A stretch of 64,000 nt of DNA from Eledone cirrhosa (GCA_964016885.1 OZ024740.1:284332001-284396000), one strand, 5' to 3'. Counted from the stretch's first letter, positions 39,559 through 56,916 are shown. Numbers and translations are program-made. The notes: generated by a model from the letters alone, not told the origin.

Positions 39559-42500
39559 AATTCCAAATATTAACAAAATAGATATTCTTGTGATCAATTA
39601 TATTTTATTATACATATTTCAGAGGTACTGAATTAAGTTCAACAATACGTCCTCATCAGATAAAATAAAATGATACATGACATACCCTGACATGGTAGAT
39701 GGTTGAGATTTAATCTAGGTAGTGATTAACTTATGACAAAACTCAATATTTATACCCTAATATTGAGAACATGAGAAAACGTAATATAATTAATAGAGAG
39801 AGTGTGAGTAATGTATTTTAAGAAATACATGGCATCAATATAACAGTTATAGAATTTTTAATATTTAAAAAAAATACTAGAGAAATAGGAGGGAGAGGAA
39901 GAAGTAGCTGATGTTATAACTTATTTAGTATTTAGCTTGAGAAGACAGATGTAAAATGATTAAAGAGAGAGAGAGACAAAGGGGAGTAATTTGTGCTCAA
40001 GTTTCTACACACACAGATATTCATACATAGCATAGTTGGCGGTTAATTTTCAAAATATTTAATTTATGTTATTTCAGGGTAAAGAATCAAATTTTAGGTT
40101 TTAAAAGTTAATGGGTATTTGTATTAATATTATAATATAATTATGTTAAATTTTTAAAATTCAAATTTTATGAAGACAAATTTAAAGGATTTACGAAACC
40201 TGCGAAAGAAAGAAAATATACATATAATGTTCGATATCCCCACAAAGGTAATCTTTACCAAAATTACTTATAACATTGACAACAGTTTCTATAATATAAT
40301 TTATGAGATATTTATAGTTATAACTATTAAAGAATTTATTGTTAAATATTTTGAGTGCCTAAAGTATCAACAGGTCTTATAATTAAACTTAAAGAAGTCA
40401 GAATTTTCAGCTATATATATGTATTGATCACCAAGATTATAGTTTATTATTAGTTCATATATTGTATTAAGTAAATGATTATATAAGTTCGACCTTCCAG
40501 GGAAAACCAAACACTTATAATAATGTCATTTGAGTGTTTAAATTATTTATAAATGTAACTACGATTATGTTATTTCACTAGATAAAGATATTTGTACAAA
40601 CTATATATAGATATAATAGGTATTAATGACACGGTATACATTTAATAAAGAAGAATAATTATAATCATTGTTAGTAGTTTTACCTCCAGTTCAGTGGAGA
40701 AATAGACCAATATTTGTCGGCTATTATGGTTTGTTAAATATACATAAAAAAGCAAAGTGCAAATCCAACTTTCTGAGTCCCCAAAAACCATCTCAAAATG
40801 AGTAAAATATATATATATATATATAAAATATGCAAACGCATGAAATGCGTTTAGATATCTAAACTATATATTTAAAACAGAGACAGAAAAATAAAGATTT
40901 GAATCAAAGTTAAAAATATCCAAAAAATGATAGGGTATGCATATCTATCAAGTAAACAAGTTATCAAACAAGTGTCATTCATTCAAACATTAATTCCATT
41001 ATAAATGATTAGAAGATAAAGCATTATTAAAGTTTTATAAACGAAGTTCTATAAATTCTAGTAATTATAATCAAACACCTGTATTGTGAATAAATCGGGG
41101 AAAAGAACCAGACCTAAATCAGTTATATGGTCCCCCCCCCCCTGCTTCTGTAGCAGTAAGAACACCAATAGCTAATCTATTTTTTAAAGCTTTGGATAGT
41201 TCATTCCCTAGTCAACATAAGTACCATTCCATTTTTAATAGACACACTATTAAATTATCTTATTCTACAACTATGAATATGGCCCAAAACATCGCTAAAA
41301 TAAACAGTAAAATTCTAAATCAAAATCAACATAATGATATTAATAATAGTGTTAATATAAATAATAATAAATCAAAATGTAATTGTAGAAATAAACCAGA
41401 TTGCCCTCTGCAAAATAATTGTTTGGATAGAAATTTGCACCGTAAAAACAAATAACAACATATACAACTACATAGGAGCAACTTCTTCAACATTTAAAGC
41501 AGGATTTGCGAATCACAAATGCTCATTCTCGAATTCTAATAGAAAGTCTTCGACTTCTTTATCACAGCTTATATGGTCATTAAAAGACAAAAATTTTAAA
41601 TACTCGATCTTTTGGATGAGCTTTGTATTAGTGGAGTTTATGTCACCTCCTCTATATCAATTAACTGCAGCCTCTGTACAAAGGAGACCCTATTAATAAT
41701 TAATAATTATGAAAACTTAATTAACAAAAAAAGTGAATTATTCTCAAACTGCTTTCATAAAGCTTTATCTACATTCCAAGCCTCGCAAAAAGTCAGGAAA
41801 AAACAGTAAGCAATCAAGCCTGATTTTCGACGTCTATCATCAACTGTTGAACATATAAGTCATAACGGTTTATAAAACTTTAATAATGCTTTATCTTCTA
41901 ATCATTTATAATGGAATTAATGTTTGAATGAATGACACTTGTTTGATAACTTGTTTACTTGATAGATATGCATACCCTATGATTTTTTGGATATTTTAAA
42001 CTTTGATTCAGATCTTTATTTTTCTGTCTCTGTTTTAAATATATAGTTTAGATATCTAACTTGTAAATTTACTGATTATAATTTGAACTGTGGATCATTC
42101 ATGCGTTTGCATATTTTATATATATATACTAAATACTAAATAAGTTATAACATCACCTACTTCTTCCTCTCCCTCCTATTTCTCTAGTAGTTTTTTAAAT
42201 ATTAAAAATTCTATAACTGTTATATTGATGCCATGTATTTCTTAAAATATATTACTCACACTCTCTCTATTGATTGTATTATGTTTTCTCATGTTCTCAA
42301 TATTAGGATATAAATATTGAGTTTTGTCATAAGTTAATCACTACCTTGATTAAATCTCAACCATCTACCATGTCAGGGTATGTCATGTATCATTTTATTT
42401 TATCTGATGAGGACGTACTGTTGAACTTAATTCAGTACCTCTGAAATATATATAATAAAATATAATTGATCACAAGAATATCTATTTTGTTAATATTTGG

Positions 42501-42605
42501 AATTAATATTAATAACTCTGGAAAATATTTTAAAATGTAGAGTGCTTCCAATCTATTGTAAAACTCATTCTTTGATGTATTCATTGATTCTTGTTTAACT
42601 CTTAA
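39558..42605 (+). mobile_element. Penelope-like element remnant: GIY-YIG fragment (about 41050-41800), 3' pseudo-LTR and an upstream inverted pseudo-LTR
   Basis: HSIFNRHTIKLSYS, CNCRNKPDCPLQNNCL, YIGAT..FKARFANHK, CSLCTKE; 39558-39935 and about 40820-41043 are reverse complements of 41867-42503; HHRs at 39602-39666 (-) and 42397-42461 (+). Confidence 0.85.
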
Positions 42606-42661
<56 letters not shown>

Positions 42662-43202
42662 CATACACATACATATATACATACATGATGGCTGCAAACT
42701 TTGCTAAGAGTGCCGCAATCGCTTGTCAGATTATAGAATTTGATGCACTTTTAGGCAACGACCAGCGACACGAACCTGTAACATATCCTGAACAAGCTAT
42801 GCCTGTGCTTTGAAGGTTTTTTTAATTGGGGAAAGGCTTTGCACTCGACCAATCCCACTCTCTGACCATCAAAAACACTACCCAAAAAGCAGAACTGGTC
42901 AACATCATTGGATGCTTCTGAAGCTGCAGGTTTTTTTTTTTCAGAGTTTCCCTCTCCTAGTAAGGTGTTGTGACAACAACTGGGGGCCTTTCACCCCCAA
43001 CATACATACATACACACATAAACTAAAATGTAACCCCAAATATCTAGCAAAGTGTATATATATATATATACATATTTTTTTTTTTTTCTAAATTTGTATT
43101 AGGAGAAATTTCAGGGATTTATGAAGTAATGGTAGCCATTGTTATATATTATGAAGTTAGGATTATTAGAGTATATTTCTTACTGAGATACTCAACTGAA
43201 CT

Positions 43203-43385
43203 TGTGGATTGGCAGTATCGGTGGAAGGTCGGAATGCTTTCCAGCATAGTTACGTCCCTTTACGATCTGAGTTCAAATCCCGCCAAGGTTAACTTTGCCT
43301 TTCATCCTTACGGGGTCGATAAAATAAAGTACCAGTAATGCACTGGGTAATTGCTGGCCTTGTGCCTAAAGTAGAAACAATTATT
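43203..43385 (+). mobile_element. SINE family A
   Basis: Same head and core as 35083-35265. Confidence 0.8.
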
Positions 43386-43399
43386 AGGATATTGTATGG

Positions 43400-44165
43400 A
43401 GGCAAAAGATAAGATGATGAATATGAGAAAAATTAATGTGATGGCAAGTGGTAAAGCATGTGGTGAGGTGGAAAGAACAAGAAGAAGATTGTGTGCAGTG
43501 TGTAAAAAAAAGGTGTTGGAGTGAACTCCATTAAATGTATATGTGCTATGTAACTACATCGAAAATATTGTGATGTGAAGAGATTATTGAATAATGAAGT
43601 AACTACATCTCAACATGAAGCATATATGGGGTGAGCTGCAGATGGAGAGGATCTTGAGAATGGTGTAAAGATGGAAGGTATGTAAACATTTTGTTGCCTA
43701 GGAGACAAGTTGAATGGAGAAGGTGGATCAGACATAGCTGGAGTGAGATGCTCATGAAAGAAGTTCCAGAAACTAAGTGGCAGTCTAATGAGGAAAGGAG
43801 TATCACTGAAAAGAAAAGTGTATGCTGCATGTGTGAGAAGAGCCATGATTTGTGGGAGCAAAGCATGGGTGGTGAACAGGGAAGCAGCAGAAAAGGCTGG
43901 AAAGAATGGAAATAAGAATAGTCTAGTGGATGAGAAGAGTATTGCTGAGAAAGAGGAGGACAAACAGTGAATTACAGAGGATGATGGGAATAGAACTAGT
44001 GATGAATGTTATGAAGAGTAGTTGAATGAAAGAGTTGAGTTATGTGTTGAGAAAGGTGATAGGAGTAATGGAAAAGACATGACTAAAGATATTGGAGGAG
44101 AAAATGAAAGTCGGAGGATGCAGATAATAGGGCAAAATGGAAGAGTTTTCCATGGGGCCCACAAG
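43400..44165 (+). pseudogene. old degenerate RTE
   Basis: CAVCKK.VGVNSIKC, CCLGDKL, KGVSLKRKVYAACVRRAMICGSKAW. Confidence 0.8.
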
Positions 44166-46959
44166 CTTTAGCAGGGAAAATGGCATTAAAATGTTCATCG
44201 TTATATATTGTGATGAAGAAAATGAAAAGCTCAGAGTAGCTATATATTGAATTACTAAAAGGAAATGGCAAAGTAAACCAACAAAATTCTCTGCTCTAAC
44301 TAGTAGGATTGAGAAAATGGAAAATACAAACTGACTGGAAATATATTTAACTGGTTTGTGGCAATTTTTCTAACAAAACACACTGCCTTTGTTTTTCAAA
44401 TAATTTAAAAAATAATAAAAAAACTTGTCAAAATTTTATGAAATAACTAACGTTTTTGTTATCAAGCTGATGTTTGAGACATAAATTAAGAAAATGTTGT
44501 TGAATAAAATTCCAATGGACCATTTCAATTTAAATATGAACACTTTACAGTGGACAATTTCGTCATTTACAACTAGAGATGGTCTCAGGTGGGTTGATAT
44601 CAAAAGCATTCAGTTTATTCTTGATCTACTTATATAAAATTTCTTATTCTGGGCACTGTATAAAGCAGTTTCTTTATACTTTCACACATGCAATAAAAAA
44701 GATTCTCTAATAATTATATTATTTGTAATTTTGCCAAACCTCAATATAGCTGCTGTAGAGAAATTTGTGTCAGAATAAAATAATGAAATGGAAAAAACGA
44801 TTTTAAAAATTCAACCACAATTTTGAATAGAACTTCACACACAGAAGTACATTGATGAGAAAACTATAAAGCAAGTCAAATAAAATGTGAAAAGAATAAT
44901 AAATCAATTCTGTTGATTCTGTCATTTTAAACAGCTGTGAGTTATAGGTTAGTGGTGTTGTTGAGCTCAATGTTAAACCTGATTGAAGAACCTATGGTCA
45001 AAAGCATGCCAGCCATGACTATATTGTCTTTATCTTTCAGACATATTAGATCTAGGATTTCATTATCCAATATATCTTCTTTCTAAAATGGTAGAATGAT
45101 ATTTGGAGGTGGTTCACAGGCTGACTGATCATGTAAAGGTTTCTTTGCTAGGTTAAACAGCTGTAAATTATTGGTTGCTTGCTGTAATAGAGATGGTGGA
45201 GTTACTATCAGCAAGAAAGTTTGTTTGTTGATTTCAAAATGACAGCTGTGTCGGGTAAACATTAAGAAAATTTGTCTTATCTAATAGATTCATTTTAATA
45301 TTTATGTCAATCTAAGACTCAATAAACATCTTTCTCTCATATTTTTAGACACACACATATACATTTGATTTTTGTTTTCATACACACTCACTCATACTGT
45401 CATACAAAAGAGATATGTGGTTTTTCAAACAAATAATTGGTGGAAACAAAAATTAATTAGAAAAGCAGCTACTGTGAAATAACAACTAATATTTCAAAAA
45501 GTTAGAAGTAAGGAAAATACTGTCTCTCTAACTTTCAGAGGTTCTCCCAGACTGGTTAGATTGATGTAGTTGATATTCAGTCTGAATAGCATGTGAGGAG
45601 GAAAATGTGGGTAAAAGAAGAACTTTTTTTTACTGCTTAGTCAGGCAGTTTGGCAAAATTACAAATAATATAATTATTAGAGAATCTTTTTTATTGCATG
45701 TGTGAAAGTATAAAAAGCAGTTTACAAATTTATTCTGAGAAAGGAATATTATTTTCTTATGGAAAGGCAATTTTGAAACATTTCTCAACAGTAACATCCA
45801 CTTTTCATTCTCTGACTAAGAGATTTTACATCAATTCAACATCTGTTTGGGATTCCATAAGTAAACTCTTTCATTACTGTATTTCTAATGAAGCACACAG
45901 TCCATTATTTTCAAATTATTAAGAATTTGGATGGATTTAGAAAAATAACTAATTTTCTCATTATTGAGTTAGTGTTTGGAGCACAAGTTTAAATGGCATC
46001 TGCCATAAAATTAGAATGGAAGATTTTTACATAAATATAAATATAAATATATGGAACATAAGAGCAAGATGTGATTGTCTCACCAGTGAAGTCTTGGACA
46101 ATGATGACCCATACAACCCATGTCAGCAAGGAATACATATGTAACTCCAACAACTCTGAGCACCTTTTTGATTCCATTTGTCTAAGACCCATGGACATGC
46201 TTACAAAATCAGAAAACAACACAGCTCCCATGACTTTTGGAAACATTTTTTCATGTTCAGAGTTGCTGAAGCATGAAATAAACCTGCATCAGTTGTTAGC
46301 TGTTAAGACACTGCTTCTTTCAAAACTGCCATGCTTCCCAAAATTTGCCAACACTACACCTGATATTCCCCCTCCATACACACGCACACATGTGTGTGTT
46401 TCTGTGTATGAACCATGACTCATACACTGTTCAATTTCCTGACTTTTGTACATTATTCTATGTACTATACATGCACATTTGATGAATTGTAGTGCACCTG
46501 AGCACTGTACACAATAAGTTTCATTATTATTATTATTATTATTATGATAAACTCTTCAAAACAAACAATTGTGTTTAACAGAACAAGGGGCGGTTTCGAT
46601 TGGTTTCAGAACAACAGACAAATAACAGGTGCAGCCAAATATTGGTTCCAAGCCATGTGGTTCTTTGACATAAAGTAAGCAGCCCAGAAAAATATAATGT
46701 TGGCTAAACTTGTTTTCACATTATATTATAATCTGTCAATTGATTCGATGTAAAGCAGTTATTTGTGTGTGTGTGTGTATGTGTGTGTGTGCGCGCGCAC
46801 GCAAATGAAAAGTATGAACATATGAATATGTAAGCAGCTGAAACTCCAGAATAACAAGACTCACTATTTAGCCTTAATAAAATGAATATTTAAATACTAC
46901 TTCAGTATTGAGTTCTCTTTCCTCTCAGCTGTCAACTACATACAGATACAGATATATAT

Positions 46960-49680
<2,721 letters not shown>

Positions 49681-49686
<6 letters not shown>

Positions 49687-50583
49687 TAATATGTATGTGA
49701 TGAAACACAGATACCAACACATCTGTATATATATTGCGAAAGAAAAATTTAGCCAGATTGAAGTATACTAATTATTATACTACAGTTTGTCCATATCGAT
49801 TTAAAATAATAAATCAACGGAGACGAACTGTATTGGCAAAAGGCCGTGATGTTTAGACACATTTAAATTTCAAAATCAAACCTGTTCCGTAGATAAGTTT
49901 AGACTTTAAGATCCAAATATGTTTCGAGTTAAATAAGTGTAGGAATATCATGTCCCGCTCTCCTCAGTAAACATCCAGAGACAAATAGATATGCTTCACT
50001 TCTAAATAATTTAAAAGACTGCGTGGCGCACATGGCTTTACAGTATCTAACTAGTCTCATAACCGTACTGCTAGAAATAACAGTCGTGTATATGAGGCGG
50101 CTTTGCAGCTCAAACTAGGAGCAGATTAAAATTAATAAGGTAATGAATTCTTTTACAATGGAATCAGCTCGAATGAGGAAAAATATATCCCCTGAGCAGT
50201 TTATAAATTAATATGTATGTGATGAAACACAGATACCAACACATCTGTATATATATTGCGAAAGAAAAATTTAGCCAGATTGAAGTATACTAATTATTAT
50301 ACTACAGTTTGTCCATATCGATTTAAAATAATAAATCAACGGAGACGAACTGTATTGACAAAAGGCCGTGATGTTTAGACACATTTAAATTTCAAAATCA
50401 AACCTGTTCCGTAGATAAGTTTAGACTTTAAGATCCAAATATGTTTCGAGTTAAATAAGTGTAGGAATATCATGTCCCGCTCTCCTCAGTAAACATCCAG
50501 AGACAAATAGATATGCTTCACTTCTAAATAATTTAAAAGACTGCGTGCCGCACATGGCTTTACAGTATCTAACTAGTCTCATA
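49681..50583. repeat. about 380-bp near-perfect direct repeat, period 522 bp
   Basis: 49681-50061 matches 50203-50583. Confidence 0.9.
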
Positions 50584-50922
50584 CACGAGCATACGCAAAA
50601 ACTTACCATAGGTATACAAAACCCCGCACATATAAATATGTGTGTGTGTGGATGCGTGTATACAAATAAATAAATAAACGTATATAAATAAATAAATACG
50701 TATATAACAAGCGCACACACATACCTTCAATAAACACACGAATGTTCGGAGACGTAAGTCAACCAAAACATGAAGTACACATATACACACACCCGCCATA
50801 CGTACGAACCTGCATACTCACACAGACGCAAAACTCCCGTATAGACATAGCCAAACCATATGTACCAGAATATATAAGGGTGAAAGCAGCGATTCTTTGC
50901 TTAAACTTTAATCTGTTATTTT

Positions 50923-51000
<78 letters not shown>

Positions 51001-51080
51001 AAAGTTTTAATTAAAATTGTTGGGTTACAACGAATAAATATTTTATAACTGATATAAAGCACTCAACAAGTTTTGGAGTA

Positions 51081-51420
51081 GATATACGATATTAAACAAA
51101 TGGAAACTATATTTATAAAACCATATTTATTTCATTATACATATTTCAGGGATACCATATTAGAATTATGGCATGCCTTCTTCAGACAAAATACAATATA
51201 TAAGCAGTTTTATAAATAAATTTGACGTACCATGAATATTGTTCAACTTCCATTTAAAAAAGTCTTTTTTAAATGGAAGTTGAACAATATTCATGGTACG
51301 TCAAATTTATTTTGTCTGAAGAAGGCATGCCATAATTCTAATATGGTATCCCTGAAATATGTATAATGAAATAAATATGGTTTTATAAATATAGTTTCCA
51401 TTTGTTTAATATCGTATATA
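51081..51420. repeat. palindrome of two HHR-bearing pseudo-LTR ends (centre 51263)
   Basis: ..TCCATTTAAAAAAG-T-CTTTTTTAAATGGA..; HHRs (CUGAAGA core) at 51129-51192 (-) and 51309-51372 (+). Confidence 0.85.
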
Positions 51421-51433
51421 TATATATATATTT

Positions 51434-52733
51434 CCACAGCGCATCCCTAAAGAATTTGTTTTGGAGGGACTCAAATTCATCTTGGAAAACAATTTCTTCG
51501 AATTCAATGCCAAATACTACAGACAGAAATCTGGGACTGCCATGGGCACGAAAGTGGTCCCCTCATACGCCAACCTTGTCATGGGATATTTGGAAACCAT
51601 TCTCTACCGCAAAGTTCTAGACAAATACGGTAACCACTTCTACCAACACATAGAAAAGAACTGGAAGAGATATCTGGACGACTGCTTCATCCTCTGGCAT
51701 GAAAGTATAGATAGACTGTTTGAGATCAAAACCCTTCTGAATGAGCTCAACACTAACTTACAATTCACAATGGATTACAGCCTTTCCTTGACATCCTCAT
51801 CAAGAAAACAAGCAACAAAATAGAAACCGACATACACTACAAACCCACAGACTCCAAACAATACCTTCCATTCAACTCGTGCCACCCTAGATACACCAAA
51901 TGGCAATTCCTTATAACCTAGCCAGAAGGATCTGCACAATAGTTTCAGATAAATACACATGCTACACACGACTAGAAGAATTAAAAAACACACTTATCAG
52001 CAGAAACTACCCACCATCCCTAATCAGCAATGGATTCCAACGTGCCCTAAAACTAGACATCCAGGAACTCAGACACCACAAACCCAGGAGTGAACTGCAA
52101 CAAAAAATTCTACCATACATCTCCACACACAACCTCCTCAACAATGAGGCATTCGACACCATCCTCCAGAACATTCCTTTACTAAAAAGAGACCCAAGAA
52201 TGAACAATATCCTCCAAACACACAACATCATAAAGAGCAAAAGACAACCCAAATCCATAAAAAACATCCTCACACAAGCCAAAATCCAACAAACCTTCAC
52301 AATAAACCATACAGTAACAAAATGCGGAAGGCCCAACTGTGGCATATGCATAAATCTAATAGAAGGTTCAACATTCCATTTTAAACAAAGACAACGTTTC
52401 ACAGTTAAACACAACTTTACATGTGCATCTGAAAACCTTATCTATGTTTTGACCTGCTCAGATTGTCAGGAGCACTACATAGGACAGACAAAAAACAGCC
52501 TCCGTCAACGAATGACCGTCCATAAATATCAAATTAAAATACAGGAATACAGAAAGATTGCATTTAGTGAACATATCGCCAATTGTGCTCTCAACCAACA
52601 TCCAAACTTTAAAATTTTCCCCATTTACAAATTCATAGACAACGCTACTTTCATCCAACGCACCAATAAGGAAACATATTTCATTAATAAATTTCAACCA
52701 CTACTCAATGCCCTAAAAATCGGACCAATCTAA
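51434..52733 (+). pseudogene. Penelope-like RT + GIY-YIG ORF, 5'-truncated and frameshifted (Neptune-like)
   Basis: GTAMGTKVVPSYANL, WKRYLDDCF, YKPTD..YL.F.SCHP, CGRPNCGIC linker, LIYVLTC..YIGQT..LRQRMTVH. Confidence 0.92.
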
Positions 52734-53332
52734 AACTGCAATAAACCATCAAACATTTACAAGAGTTACCTCCCTCACACCCTACCTAATCCTTTTTCTT
52801 AAATAAATTAAATATCACCCAGCAAGAATTGCTTCCCCTGCATATTAACTTTCTAAAAAGGGAAATCATATCAAACCACAGTCCACCATTTGCCTCCTTC
52901 ACGGAAGCATCGTTCAACTAAGCACTCTTGCGATATTAAAACATTTTGAACTGCTTAACTTCAATGACTGTGCTTGTAAATAACATTATTTTTTCTCCCA
53001 CATTGACTTTTTTATGTTCGACATTATGCACGTTTTTTTTCCTTTTTCTTTTTTTTTCTTTTCACTTCTTAAACCTTGTTTGTATATAACATTATTCTTT
53101 CTGCACCTTCTGTTTAACATGTGCGACATCACACTAATACATTTCACTATCATTTGATAATGCATATAAATGCAGAAACCGGTAATAGACAATAATTAAA
53201 TATATAAACAGACAAATAAATGGCATTGTTAAATAATAAATAAATCAATTAATACCTTAACACTTCACACAAAGTAAAACATTTCGTTTTAATCATTTTC
53301 TAACCCAGAAAAAAGAGAGAGAGAGACAAAAA

Positions 53333-53494
<162 letters not shown>

Positions 53495-53529
53495 GAAACA
53501 TTCCCAGCATCGTTATGTAACTACCCCTT

Positions 53530-53725
53530 GCAAACAAGACCTGGCAACTGAGCGAAAGTAACCATCAATACACCCTGAAGTGGAAAAAAATTATCGAACG
53601 CGCCCCCATATCGGAGTGGTATGAGAAGCTGTCGATTATGTGACCTTGAGCTGTTCCACATTTTGAGTTCGAAGAATAAGTTACTCAACAATAAAATCGA
53701 AAGATCAATTTATTGTAACCAAAGA
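53530..53725 (+). pseudogene. PLE endonuclease C-terminal fragment
   Basis: [38 protein letters not shown], similar to the C-termini at about 41600 and 49300. Confidence 0.65.
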
Positions 53726-54494
53726 AAAGTTTTATTATAACTCAAAGAAAAGTTTTCGCACTACAAGTGCAAATCGAACCCTTAACCTCTTACTACCAAC
53801 TGACAAACTGCATATACTTAGACTTTATACCCTCTTATTGTATCTAAACCCTTTTAATTGCCCACAAAAACCAATACCTATATCCCTCTCTTCTCCTTCA
53901 TTCCTCTTCTATTTCTTCGTTTTCTTCCTTCCTTCCCTCCCCTTTTTGGCTATCTTTTCTTTTCTTCTTTCTCCCCCCTTCTTTGCTTTTATTTTTGTCA
54001 TTATTATCTTTATCTTTATTTTTTATATATATATTTATCTCTTTATATCCCCCCCCCCTCTCTATCCATCCCTCCCACTATGACCAATTTAATTCTCTTT
54101 AACTCACTACATTCCACGACATGAAGTCTACATATCAAAACTGATCAAGGAATCCTTCCACCTCTACCCCTCCCTCCATCTCAGTTTGTCACTCTACTTC
54201 CTAACTCTTCTCCCCCTTCCTCTCTCTCTATACTATTCCGTTTGTCCCCTCACCTTCTAATTCCTCTTCCCCTCTCTCTATACTAGTAAATACAATTCCA
54301 AAAAAATGTTTTTCTCTATATATTAAGAACTATTTCAAGAGTAACTTACTCACTATTTTGAAAATTTGGACGTGAACAACAATTATAGTTGAGTGGCTGC
54401 TATTTGCAGTATAGCAATATAAGGTTGCACTTACCAATGAAACGGTCGTAAATACCTGGATAAAATCCTTCTCTTAATGCTTACCTGTGTTTTC

Positions 54495-54612
<118 letters not shown>

Positions 54613-55534
54613 TATATGCTATGGAATTTAGTCCCCGCTAGCTTATTACATCCACTGAATTATTATTTTTATACGGGTTCCTAGTATCCGCGCATTGCCT
54701 GGGAACTTAGCTGAGAATAGAGTCCCTGATGACGTAATGAATTCTCGATAGTTACATTGTGTAACTATATTTATCCCATTACAGAAAATAATTAGTTGGA
54801 GTGAAAATTTTAGTAAGTAAGTTAATTTTTAATTTTTAAAATTTTCTTATTTTACGTCTTTCATATATATATATATATATATATGCAAAAGTTCTATTTA
54901 AAATTGTTGGGATACAACAAGTAAATATTTTATAACATATCTATCTATATATATATATAGATAGATATGTTTCTTTATTAGCCACAGGGGCACAAAAGAA
55001 GGGGACAAATACAAAGGGGGAAGTTTACATACAATAAAAACGTGTAAAATGTTATCACAAATGCAATTTAAAAAGTTAGTCGATTTTCTCCAATAGAGGG
55101 AGACAGTTTATATGGGTAACACATACCCCCGAAAAAATGTGCAACCCTCATCTCCAGAAGTACGAAGAGTTTGTACTCCTTTCCTCTCCTCCTCCTTTTC
55201 CTCAACCTACAGGCTGATATAGAGAGAAGGCCCCTTCACTCGGGCCATTCTCGCCACTTTCACCCACCTTTCATAAAACTTGCTGGGGTACAGCACCTCT
55301 CTCTCCATCCTGATTCTTCTTCCAAAGTGGTATTTGAATAGATAGATAGATAGACAATGAACTATATGGTTTGTTGATTATCATTCAACAAAGTTAATTT
55401 TATAACAGATTTGGAGCACTCTACAAGTTTTATCTGGAGTATTATTAATATAAATAATATTAATAAATGGAAAATATCTTTATAATACCATATTTATTTT
55501 ATTATACGTATTTATATATGATGATATATATATA

Positions 55535-55904
55535 TCATCATCACTGTTTAATATCCATTTTTCCATGCTAGCATGGGTTGTCCTGTTGTGAAAAATGCTG
55601 GGTCAGGTGACAGAACAGATTTTGGGTTAGTTTCTATGGCTGAATGCCCTTGCTAATGCCAACCACATTTACAGTGTGTACTGGGTGCTTTTTGTTGTGA
55701 CATCTACAAGGCCACTTTACAGTGTGGGTGTGAGCTGAGAACTTTGGGGGAGAGCTATGTGCTGGATTGGGGAGATGGGCATTTAGGCATGCGTGAGGGG
55801 CAGAGTGTTAGGACAAGGGAGGTAATGGAAGGGGGAGGGAGGAGCACTAGATGTATCCTTCAGCCTGTGCTCATGGGAAAGTTGGTCTTCTGTATTACTG
55901 CATA

Positions 55905-55910
<6 letters not shown>
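55535..55910 (-). mobile_element. degenerate RTE 3' end
   Basis: CCATGCTAGCATGGG, ATGCCCTT..CCAACCACATTTACAGTG, TCTTCTGTATTACTGC. Confidence 0.75.
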
Positions 55911-56003
<93 letters not shown>

Positions 56004-56089
56004 CTGAGTTCCAGGTTCCATCGGGAGTAACCACAGTAAGTAAGGTACTCAATAAATAGTAGAGTATATACAAGAATTAATATAGAAAT

Positions 56090-56140
56090 GACTTCTACAG
56101 GACTAGAAGTGTTTCATTCGAAGGAAATCATCAGGAAATC
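56090..56140 (-). ncRNA. type I hammerhead ribozyme motif
   Basis: GATTTC-CTGATGA-TTTCCTTCGAAT-GAAA-CA(CTTCTAGTCC)TG-TA-GAAGTC. Confidence 0.7.
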
Positions 56141-56187
56141 CTTTGAATGAAATAGTTCTAGTCCTGTAAAAGCCATTTCTATATTAA

Positions 56188-56259
<72 letters not shown>

Positions 56260-56265
<6 letters not shown>

Positions 56266-56785
56266 AAAGTTCTATTTAAATTGTTGGGATACAACAAGTA
56301 AATATTTTTATAACTGATAAAAAGCACTCGACAAGTATTTGGAGTAGATATACGATCTTAATAAAGGGAAACTATATTTATAAAACCATATTTATTTCAT
56401 TACACATATTTCAAGGATACCAAGTTAAATTATGGTATGCCTTCATCAGACATTATGGTATGCCTTCATCTTCTTTTCTTTCCTCTTTTTCTTTATTTAT
56501 CTCTCCCTTTTTCTCCACGCTTTTCTCTCTCTCTCCGTCTTTTGTAATTGTCCTTAACACTAAGACTTACTAAAATAATATAAACAAACCACTATCCTGA
56601 TTTCCTCCAAAAGTAATGGTCGCATTTTGAAAGGGTACGTCAATGCTTATTTGTAAAACTGATATATATTGTATTTTGTCTGATGAAGGCATACCATAAT
56701 TTAACTTGGTATCCTTGAAATATGTATAATGAAATAAATATGGTTTTATAAATATAGTTTCCATTTATTAATATCGTATATATAT
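56260..56785. repeat. inverted pair of HHR-bearing pseudo-LTR ends
   Basis: HHRs at 56394-56452 (-) and 56673-56735 (+); same family as 47464 and 51129. Confidence 0.8.
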
Positions 56786-56916
56786 ATATATATATAGTTA
56801 TGTAATAAACAACATAAGATAATTATTTCATTTACCAGTGGTTTCTTGAAAGCAAACAAATTTGCTTTCAGTCATCAGAATGAAAAAATCCTGGTGTTTT
56901 TAATTCTGATGACTGA

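Noticed and set aside
54400-54458. HHR downstream of the PLE fragment at 53530
   Set aside because: Stem I-like TATTTGC/GTAAATA and GAAAC-GGTC are present but the CUGAUGA core is missing
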